A stretch of DNA of 64,000 nucleotides from Takakia lepidozioides (lineage: Eukaryota; Plantae; Bryophyta), in NCBI GenBank assembly GCA_030704615.1, contig CM060731.1, forward strand, positions 28,148,001-28,212,000, given 5' to 3'. Of this stretch, positions 54,649 to 64,000 are shown piece after piece. The notes under the pieces were generated by a model. The model worked only from the letters and a program-made list of their open reading frames with translations, was not told the DNA's origin and made no database searches. The position numbers and the translations under genes are program-made. Within the stretch, counting starts at the first letter, position 1; each line of letters starts with the position of its first letter.

Positions 54649-56527
54649 CTCGACTGCACATGCAGAGCCCTCAGAGATCTCGCAAAGCACTGCAAATTCA
54701 CAATTCTTTATGGAAAGAACGACACAAGATTGCAGAAACATGCCCTTCAAGCACCAAATTTGATTCAAGGAGGTCACACCTGTACAACACTCGCTTCATT
54801 GCTTGCTCGCTGTTGTACTGGTTTTTGAATTCGTAAGACCTGGAGATTCCTTTCTCTTTCTCAAACTCCCTGAAGAAGCAGTTGTTCCAGACAGCGAGCT
54901 TCCATCTCCTGATATAGGCCTCCAGTGTGATCCGGGGGCAAGCCATCTGGATTTTGTAGTCTGTCATCGACTCAGCAAGTGCAGCCACTGCACATTTTTC
55001 TAACTGCAACAAGAAAGCTCGTAAGAATTTGGAAGAGGTTACGGAGCAACACAAATGTCTGAAAATGGTTTGGTGGAAACCTTACCTGGCTCCAGAATGT
55101 GGCTTTGTGTAGCCACTGGTCGAATGTGTGGTCGCTAACAACTCTTATTGCTTGTGTCTTCGGGTCCCTCTCTGGAGTTGGGAACATGTTCGTGTCTCTC
55201 ACAAGAGGATCCGAATTCCATATCTCCAACCACCTGATTTTGGTTGCATTGTCCACCATTGAAATGGAAAGGCGATGTAGTTTCTCTTGAGTCATTTCTG
55301 GCTTGGAGCCATACTTGTCATAGTGTGCTTTCACCTGCTCCAGAAATTCCGTGCCAAGACCTGGGTTTGCTATCCGGATCTGTTTGTCGAATGCACTCAT
55401 GAGGTTCTTCCTTTGATTATTCATCTCGAACTTCATCATGTCCTCAAGCCCAGTTGAAGACCGCTGCTCTTCTGTGTGGGAATCATAGTACTCTGCTTTC
55501 GCCTTCAATCCAGTTTCTGTTATTTCTTGTTGCATACATTACAGGTAAAAAGAATCAAACACTGGAATTTCTTTACAAAATTTGCAGTAACAACAGGCAA
55601 ACAGGTGTCAAAAAGCTTACAGTGTACATGTAGTCAAGAAAAGCCTCCCTTGTCAAGCTGTACCATGTGCTTGTCTTCTTCTCAGCACACCTCTTCATCT
55701 GCTGAGGACTGAGCACGTTCGTGAATGACTCCAGTGGCATCAGCCCTACCTTCTGGATGTGGAATAGAGTGTGGCACAGATTGGTCGTCACATGAGATGT
55801 TTCATTGGACCTGGAAAAACCTTCAACTCATAAGATGATTTCAAATTGTCGAAACAAGGAACAGACACAAAGTTGGAAACTTACTTGTTTATGTCGTGCA
55901 TGGCTGTCAAGAGCTGCGTGACACGTCCTTTGTGATCGAAAACCATGGAAACCACGCTCCAGTGCCATTCGATGTCGTCCGAGTGCAAGCTTGAAATGTA
56001 ATCCATCCAGGCAAGCAGTCTGTGGTTCCCATCCCAGACAAAAAACATCTTTCCCATGAATGCTTTTGTGGAGGCCTTTTTGGACAGCTTAAACTCGAAC
56101 TCCCTATTTACATCCCGCCAGCATGCATCCCAACCTTGCTCAGTGTCCTCTGTTACAAGACACTCCTCTCCTTTCGTGTTCATAGTGGATACGTAGAACA
56201 CAACTGATCCCTTGAGCCGTGAACAAAGTCGTTCTTCAACTTCGTTATATCATTCCTCAATACCGGTCGAACAGCGGGCATGGAGATCATCTTGCACAGC
56301 GGAATGACCAGGTTTCCGCCGGGAACCTCCATCGACAGAATCACCTTCGACGAGTTCACTTTTTGCCCACCCATTATCTCATCGGCCTTGTCTTCATAGT
56401 TTCCCTCCAATGAGTCTTCCTCACCTTCACCTTCTGACGCGGCCAAATCTTCCCCCTCGGATTTTCTTTTTCTTTTCCTCTGCACAGAATGAATTCTCTG
56501 TGAGTGACAGATTTAGCACCCATGGAT

Positions 56528-57039
56528 CAACCTTGCTTTGATACAAGGTTGATTGATGGGGATGTAGTTAGGACTGAAAGGCATACAGGAAAGACTTTTG
56601 AAGCAAAAAAATGCTTTGCGTTGACGCAGGGTACTTTTGGGAGCTTCAACTAATCAACTTTCCCTACCTTACAGTTCAGGGTATGAGAGATCGGACGCTT
56701 CCATTGAACAAAAAATCATCAAAACCAGCCTTGCGTCAACGCAATGTTGATTCCTGTGCAGCATCTGTTCGTTTCACTAGAAGTTCTAACATACACCATG
56801 GAGGTTGGCATCAACCTTGCGTTGACGCAAGGTTGATTGCGAGCTCTCGGATCGGGGTTGAACAAACAAAAAAGCTACAGGAAAAGGAGATTGTTGTCTC
56901 TGCTTCTTCTTCGAACTTGATGATGCGTCGCAAGCATCTATGTCTGTCTAGCTTGATTGTAGTGCAACATCTGCACTGTTTTGATGCCCAATATATACAC
57001 TTAGGAGGTCAACTTCAACCTTGCGTTGACGCAAGGTTG
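56528..57039. repeat. intron-1 array of the same 24-bp palindrome
   Basis: Copies at 56528, ~56611 (partial), 56726, 56812 and 57016. The last two are perfect. Confidence 0.92.
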
Positions 57040-57525
57040 ATGTCGACCTCAATGCTTAGCAAGAACCAGACAGAATCAGAGAGAGAGAAAGAGAGTTCAT
57101 AGCCACCTCCGGTTTCTTCTTTGCACTTGATGATGCTCCTGACGCATTCAATCTTTCCATGTGGTCTGGAGGTAGCATGCTTCCAAGGAGGTCCCGATGG
57201 TGCGAAACAAGGGCAGACGGCATCGTTTCCGCGTCCGTTTGTTCTCCCTGCTCTTTGAAGACCTGTTTCTCTACTCGCAGTGCTTTCTCCCGAGCCCAAC
57301 TCACTTCCTCGTCCTCCCCCCCTTCTATTGGAGGTTGCTCATCGGTCGCCTCCGGGATCACTTCAAGACCTTCCTCTCCACACTGCGGTTGCAGAATCCT
57401 GTTTTGCCCTTCGTCTTCCTCTACGCCGGATGTTTCTTCTCCCATTCTAAGTTCCCGTCTCGCCTTCCTCATCTCTATTCCTTCAAAGGGAAGTGTAAGA
57501 TGCCAATGGAAAACTGCTCAAGTAC

Positions 57526-60500
57526 GTGTTCCAAAAACCTTCGCATAGTGCACCAGCCACACAATGGAGAGTGCCTCCAGGCAGATACAGGGTGCTAAGT
57601 GCTCCGCTGAGACAGTCTGCAAGATCTTTCGTAACTCCTGGCACGGCAGCATCAGTGGCCAAGGAGAAATCACCCGTGGTTGTCAAGAAGGAGACGAGTA
57701 CCGTTAACACTGTAGTTGAGCTTTCGGACTCATCCTCCGATGACACATGTGCAATACCGCCCGTGGATCAGCCATGTCCACATGTAGAAGCAGATGTGGA
57801 GGAGATCACCAGTGTCATTCCTAAACTGAAAGCCATGGGTGGGATGGCAGGATTCAAGAGTGAGTTGAGGGGGATAGACTGGAGCACTTTCAATATTCAG
57901 AGGGTGGCATTCTTGCCGGAATCTTTTGATGGTAATATTGTTTTCGAGCTGCCTCCTCCTGGTCGCCTGGGGGGCATTTCCAGTCTCCTGGAAGGAATGG
58001 ACAAAAAGCACGATGGGCACCCTTGGTGCCGCACAAAAACCTCCAATATTCACAACAACGACAACCTCATATTCAGGCGAACAGTCTGTAATGGGCACCT
58101 GAAATGCGAGAACATGAAATGCGGACACTTCGCATTATCAGGTGTGCAAAACCAAAGCGAATGGGATGGTGTCAGTGAGAATCCATTCAAGCCTGGGGTG
58201 ACACCACCATACAGTAACACTTTTGTGTGCAAGTTCTGTAGGGTACCACCTTGCTGCCTTGCTTTGTGTGGCGCCAGAATGTATTATGTGGTGCATCGAT
58301 TCAAAACCTGACTAGAGCCTGTGTCCATTTCGGTTTTCACAACCACCCTGTGTCCAAGGGGGATTATAGGGAGAGCGTTGACACAGTCTTGCGTATGATA
58401 AGGCAAGAGTTGGATACCAATCCAACTGGAACCACATCTGCAATTGCCATGGGGGCGAGCAAGTCCTTTCTGGAAAGCCGTATTCTGTGTGCATCAAATT
58501 CGGTTGGAGGAATACTGGAGGGATCGGCTTTGGACACTGTTATGGACCATTTCTCAACTTTGACTTCTCCAAACATTAGGAATCAGGTGAACGCTTTAAA
58601 AATGGGCTCTGGGAGCCGAGGTTATATGGACAATATTATGGATTTGAAGAAAAAGAGCATGTATGACTACATCCAAGACAGCGTTTTCCCGGGACAAGGA
58701 GCCACGAAAGTGTTCTTGTTCAAAATGTCCACAAAATGTGAGGGCAGCGGGGTCAGCCTGGTTAAACGTATGCAGAAGGGTGGCGATCTTGGCAACTAAT
58801 TCCTTATGTTTGATCATGTCAAGAGGGTTAAAGACTGGACCACAATGGCATGTCATGTTTACGACCCTGTGTACCAGCGGGTCATGACAATTGCAGTGTG
58901 TGACATGCAGTCAGAGGACACAGATTCACAACAGCTCATGTGGGAAGCTCTCATTCGAGTTATGGCCTCCAATGGTCTCCCATCTCCCAATTTCGTTGGT
59001 TTCATGGCCGATAGTGCTCAAGCTAACTTCAACGCTGTCCGCATTGTGTTCGGGACGGGAGACCCAAAAGTGCCAATGCCTGGAAGAGAACATACATGTC
59101 TTTTCCATTGGACACAATCCCTGGACAAACACACAAAGACATACATCAAGCCAGATATGCAGACTATGCATCGTCAACTGTGCAACCAGTACAAAGACGC
59201 CAAAACTATGGGGGAAGCGAATACATTGTTCCAGACAATTCGTGCCTGGTGGTACTCATTTGGAGCGGCATCGGAGGACAACATGAGGGCACTGCAAGAC
59301 TGGTTTGCATTTTGGCACTTCCGTTACCGACAGTGGGGAGCGGCCATGACAACGGTGAGTGGTTTGTATTCACCTTCGTTTGGGTGCTTCGGATATATCT
59401 TTCAGGGTCCAATCCTAAATATCGGCTTTCTGGTTTTTTGCCTTGCAGCATATGTCCATTGAGGAGATGGCGGACATGCCTTCTTGAAATCTTGCGGAGA
59501 TAGTGCACAATGCCTGGTTGCAGCAATCCGGCAAAAAAGGGAGAGATTTGTATGCGGCGACGGCCGATGACCATTCGTGCTCTGCAGCAGCAAACCAGAT
59601 ATAGGTCATTCTTGAGGGGTGGCCTTGGTGGCAAAGGTCCGGACAGGAGCGAGTTGATGTTGCGGGCAGCTGGAAGATCAGGGGATCCCAGCAAAATAGC
59701 GCGGGCAGTGAGCATATGTGCAGATGGCACCCCTCACGTGGGAAGAGTTCCCCATCTGGAAGGCGAAGAGAGATTCGGGTCTTGCAAACGGAAATTGGAC
59801 ACCCCTCCGGGATCGGATGCAGATTCCCATAGGGCGGACAGGGTGAACTTCTCGACGCCACGTGTTCCCTTGGATCAGAGATGGAATTGCGGAACATCCA
59901 CAGGTGAGGGCTACTCTGCCCCAGACCGGACCCCTGCATCAAGCATTGTCACTGCAATGGTTGAAGACCAGAACGTGGTGCCACATATAATCGAGTCCAT
60001 GGGCTTGGACGAGGTTTGGCATATAGAACACACAAGTGCTGGATCTCGTGTGAAATGCGCGGCGATCAGGGCCACCAATCATGAAAAATGTACATCATTA
60101 ATTTCCAGAGGGAAAGAACGCATTGCAGCTCCTACATTCACGGGTTTGTTTCTCCCTTACGGACAAGGCGAGGCAAAGAACCACAAGTTCTGGTTCTGCG
60201 CTGACGATTGTGGGAGATGTGTGCATGGTACAGTGAGGCCTTCCGTGGTAAGGAAGCCTACTCCACCAACCGTGTGGCCTGTGAAGATGGGCACAGGTCT
60301 CACTCACCGAGAGATCGCAATGCTGGAAGAGGCGGGTTTCTCCCTAGCCAGACATTCCATTGCACGTGAAGGTGCTTCAAGTGGAAGCGGTTCACGGGTA
60401 CCTCCGCCTGACGCTCACTTGTGGCCAACCAGACGGAATGGGAAGCTGGTTCGACGATTCCCTCCAACCGCAGAACACTACGGCAAAATTGAGTCCACCA

Positions 60501-60829
60501 GAATGCTTCACGCTCGTGTTGCGGGAACAATGGAAGTGCCTGATCCAGGGTATGGTCGGGTCTTCACCATGACCTCATCCGCATCTGCGCTGCAGGACAG
60601 GACGTACGAAATCACTGTTTCCAATTTTCCCAATTGTACATGTCCTGATTTTGTTGGTATGCTTTCAAGTAGTTTGGGAAAGAGAGGGAAGTTCATACCG
60701 TGCAAACACCTTTACTTCGTCTTCTTGAGAAGGATGGTTTGTGATCCAAAGCGCGACTTCTTCATTCACCAAGCCACTATGAGTTTCAACGAAGTCAACA
60801 CACTTCTACAGCGGGATACAAGCCCATAA
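57526..60829 (+). pseudogene. Mutator-like (MULE) transposase with N-terminal GCM-like Zn domain and C-terminal SWIM finger
   Basis: GCM/WRKY-like RRTVCNGHLKCENMKC..CKFC..C..HFGFHNHP. DDE core: MFDH, FMADSA, CLFHW (CxxH) and NLAEIVH (E at 59497). SWIM: CTCPDF..CKHLYFV. It has stops, frameshifts and a small intron at about 59355-59448. Confidence 0.8.
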
Positions 60830-61010
60830 AAATCTGTGTTTTCTTTGACTACAACTTGTAATGGAATGACTGTTCAAGTCCAGTGACTCTCAATGTATGT
60901 CGTCTAACATCTTTGCTATGCGTGGGTCAATGCATTTGTCGCATTGGTTTGTCATTCTCTTTTCATTAGCAAACACAAGAAACTACCTTCAGATAGAGAG
61001 ATGATCAAAT

Positions 61011-61202
61011 CAACCTCGTCTCAACACGAGGTTTACTTGAAGTTCTCCAAATCCTCCTTGTGTTGACACAAGGATGATTTTAGTTCTCAGAAAACAACAT
61101 CGTGTCAACTCGAAGTTCATTTTTGTTCCAGGAAAACAACCTCGTGTTAACACGAGGTTTTGTTGAAGTTCTCCAAATCCCCCTTGTGTCGACACGAGGT
61201 TC
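61011..61202. repeat. ~42-bp tandem array of variant palindromes (CAACCTCGTG-N4-CACGAGGTT)
   Basis: Five copies at about 61011, 61053, 61095, 61137 and 61179, downstream of the transposase. Confidence 0.85.
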
Positions 61203-61339
61203 ATTTCAGTTCTACGAAATGAAGCTCCTGTTAACAGAAGGTTGAACTCCAGGAAAGCCCAAAACCCTTCATCCGTTTCACCTTCATGTGGTGAAATCAG
61301 CAGTTGGGGGCTCCACGGTTATAGGCCCACCTTCTTTGT

Positions 61340-61466
61340 GGTGACGTGGCATGACCTGGACCAGGCTCACGCCACGTCAGCATCAGCGCCACGTCAGCGT
61401 GAGCGTAGGCTCACGCCACGTCATCATTGTGTGAGCGTACGCTCACGCGTCAGGCTCACGCGGTAG
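61340..61466. repeat. GC-rich structured probable terminus of the MULE-like element
   Basis: Three GCCACGTCA copies plus one inverted copy, and the palindrome GTGAGCGTACGCTCAC. It abuts a broken exon of the second ParB-like gene. Confidence 0.6.
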
Positions 61467-63890
61467 CGTCGTTGGCTTGTACCATGTGTCGGCGGATTTG
61501 GAGGTCTCGCACTTCTTGTAAGCCTCAGCACTGATAAGGTTTTTGAAGGTGACCAGTGGCATTTGCCCACCTTCTGTATCCTGAATAGAGTGTGCACCAA
61601 ATTCGTCGTCACGTGTGCACTTTCGGTTCCCCTGCCCCCCAACAAACACTATGACTTCCTCCTTCACCAGGAAATACAAAACTGACAGAACAAATCGGAG
61701 AATTCTGTTGGCATGAAGGGTGAGCATTATACTTACTTGTTGATGTCATGCATAGCCGTAAGAAGTGCTGTGACGTTTCCTTTCGGATCCAGAACCATGG
61801 ACGCCACAAGGTAGTGCCAGTCCTCGTCTGTGCTGTGATATTTGTTTATGACGTTCATCCAGGGCATGAAGCGGTGATTGCCATCCCAAATATGAAACAT
61901 TTTCTCGGAGAACACCTGTGTGGACATTCTCCTCGAAATCTGGGCTTCGAACTCCTCGTTTACTTCTCGCCATATTGGATCCCAGCTTTTGACAATTGAC
62001 TCGTCCACCAAGACCTCCTGTCTACTGGCATCGCACAAGGAGACGTAAAACACTGAAGACCCCTCTATGTATCCATGACTAAAATCTTGCTCCAACTTGG
62101 ACACATCCCCGGTCAGGGCAGGTCGAACGATTGGCATTGATATTAGGCGGCAGAGAGGGATCATGATCTTGCCTCCAGGTACCAGCATAGACTTGATCAC
62201 CCGCGCGGAATTGACCTTCTGGTACACAAGGACCTTTGCCGCTCTTTCTTCGTAGAAAGGATCGTCTTCTTCAATAGGCTTCACAGTCACTTCTTCCTCC
62301 TGTTGCTGCTGCTTCTCAAGCTGCAATCCTTTTCTTTTCCTCCCCTGCACCTCCCACAATTACAGCCTTTCCGTCATTCCACGGTTACATTTTCCTGATC
62401 TGGCACCTACAAGAATTGAGTGCGGTGGCGCACTCACTTTCGAGACTGACAAAGGATTGGAACAGACAAACATCAGTTCTCCAAAACTACACACATAACC
62501 CTCCTTTCCTGTCAACCGGAATTGAGTGCGGTGGCGCACTCATTTTTGGACACCTTCCATGACATCTAAGAAACCATGCTCATCGCAGGCACTCAGTCAA
62601 TGGCTCCTTTGTCACTTCCTCTTCCACATTGTGTACTTTCATTCTACAGGCAGAAACTGAGGCAGAATCTTCATTCTAGACATCATCAAATCAACCATCT
62701 ACAGGTGCTCAAAAAACTGAGTGCGGTGGCGCACTCATTTCTGGGAGCCCTCCACTTTGTCCTGCTTTCTCTTGTGAGCACACCTGGGTCGTTATCTCTA
62801 TCCACGAACCCTAAACCCTAAACTTATAATTTCTATGCTCATGCCTATCCACTTGTGTGAAGGCTATGTTGACAAGCTAAAAGGTAAGAAACTGATCAGT
62901 ACTCTGTTTTGCCTAGCATGATTTATGCTTCACCATTGTTCATTCTTGGTCTGGGAGGAGAGGACCTCACCTCAGAACTGAGTGCGCCACCGCACTCAGT
63001 TTCAAGGTTATCGTTTCTGTCTATCTGAAAACTCAAAAGAGATCTCACTTTGAATGAAACACACTTTCTAACTTTCGTTTCACGTCTGTCATTTGCAAAT
63101 TGACCATTCTATGGTGATCCGAAACTGAGTGCGGTGGCGCACTCAGTTTGGGAGCCATCCATTATGTCTGCCTACTTCTGTTTTGAGTTCATTGGGCTCT
63201 TCACGTCTGTCCAAAAACATTGTCGATCACACCTCGGAACTATGTGCGCCAACGCACTCAGTTTCCAGGTTAGACATAATGTCATTCTCAGAACTCATAA
63301 GAGATCTCACTATGGAATAATCGCACTTTCTATCTATTGTTCACCTCAGTCAATAGCAACTCAATGATTCCATGGAGCTCATAAATTGAGTGCGGTGGCG
63401 CACTCAGTTCAGGGTGACCACTCCAGTGTCTCACGGACCTAAACTGTGAACATCACCTTCCTCTTTCCCTAATGCCCAAGCGATCGGCAAGCATCCAGTT
63501 GAAATGAGTGCGCCACCGCACTCAGTTTCTCCGTGTCCCTCTCAGGCTTCCGTTTCAGATCCTGCTGTCTCTAAGACTTAGTTATTCACCTTGGCCTACA
63601 ATGGAAGTGATAGAGCTCCCCTCAAAACTGAGTGCGGTGCCGCACCCACTTTTCAGTGGATCTCTCGTATCCTATCTATGCACTTGGTACGACAGTCAAG
63701 CGAGATTCATGCAGTTTGGGAGAAGGATTACCCTGGGTTTCATGACACCACTTCCCGATGCCTCTTCTTGCTGCGTCCTCACAGCTTCCTTTGGTGTCGC
63801 TTCTTTCTCACCGATGGTGGTGGTGTTGATGTCCATGTCATGCACAATGGTCTCCGGGGTAGTCTCCTCGCCTTCCATTCTTCCCTCCAT
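61467..63890 (-). pseudogene. second, diverged ParB-like gene (5' part), interrupted at ~61467
   Basis: Acidic exon (63890-~63732), then an RKRK plus ParB exon with IPLCRLISMPIVRP and WDGNHR (61871-61885). It ends in the same LLTAMHDINK splice donor, and the next exon HVTTNLVHTLFRIQKVG is homologous to 55791-55620. The gene may begin upstream of 63890. Confidence 0.75.
62417..63648. repeat. intron-1 array of nine 20-28 bp palindromes (TGAGTGCG-GTGG-CGCACTCA)
   Basis: Copies at 62417, 62523, 62718, 62979 (rev), 63126, 63241 (rev, degenerate), 63387, 63505 (rev) and 63629. Confidence 0.95.
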
Positions 63891-64000
63891 TTCAGGCTAG
63901 ACCGGCTCTGTGATCTGTTGTGATTCGTGGGTTGACGTATCCTGTGCAACCTGCTCATCAGTGTTTTGCAGATTGCGCAACTTTCTCATTCTGACTCGCG

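Larger units (their letters stand above)
52826..57472 (-). pseudogene. transposon-borne multi-exon gene: acidic N-term, NLS, ParB/Srx-like domain, helical region, N6/N4 DNA methyltransferase-like domain
   Basis: About 7 GT-AG exons (approx. 57472-57106, 56480-55884, 55810-55620, 55540-55086, 55003-54779, 53901-53297, 53167-52826). Motifs: IPLCKMISMPAVRP..ITKLKNDF..G, WDGNHR (56019-56033) and DLVVLDIPD...W...FLSDSGALLL...GF...W. Frameshifts at about 56200 and 53570; the 3' end is cut by Gypsy B. Confidence 0.7.

Noticed and set aside
61340-61466. Helitron 3' end
   Set aside because: There is no CTRR terminus, and the linked enzyme is DDE-type rather than Rep/helicase.
55881-62359. Bacterial contamination as the source of the ParB-like genes
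   Set aside because: The genes have GT-AG introns at conserved positions and NLS-like motifs, and are nested among plant TEs.
62417-63648. CRISPR array (also 54026-54648 and 56528-57039)
   Set aside because: The repeats occur in both orientations, the spacers are long and irregular, some spacers are duplicated, the arrays are intronic, and no cas genes are present.

Overview
Eukaryotic land-plant genomic DNA. A non-seed plant is likely, inferred from an RTEX-like LINE, PLS-type PPR fragments and spliceosomal GT-AG introns. Three host genes are supported: an LRR receptor-like protein of the RLP29/PII-2/TMM group (5706-7175, -), an alpha-expansin (33749-35067, +) and a conserved coiled-coil gene (36100-39871, -). 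Most of the rest is transposon-derived: a near full-length LINE with an internal inversion plus several orphan 3' ends; a hAT MITE with an 8-bp TSD; and a Gypsy element with a dUTPase-like domain, split by a 5-kb CACTA element carrying PPR and OSB (PDF-motif) fragments. The standout is at 52.8-64 kb. A Mutator-like transposon (GCM-like Zn domain, DDE core, SWIM) carries a divergently oriented multi-exon gene. That gene encodes a ParB/Srx-like domain (DGNHR) and, at its C-terminus, an N6/N4 amino-methyltransferase-like domain. Its introns hold arrays of 24-28 bp palindromes. The element abuts a second, diverged ParB-like gene whose equivalent intron holds a different palindrome array with the same TGCG-N4-CGCA core. 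This looks like a transposon-borne ParB/parS-like self-recognition and marking system. All domain calls come from motif recognition by eye, not from database searches.
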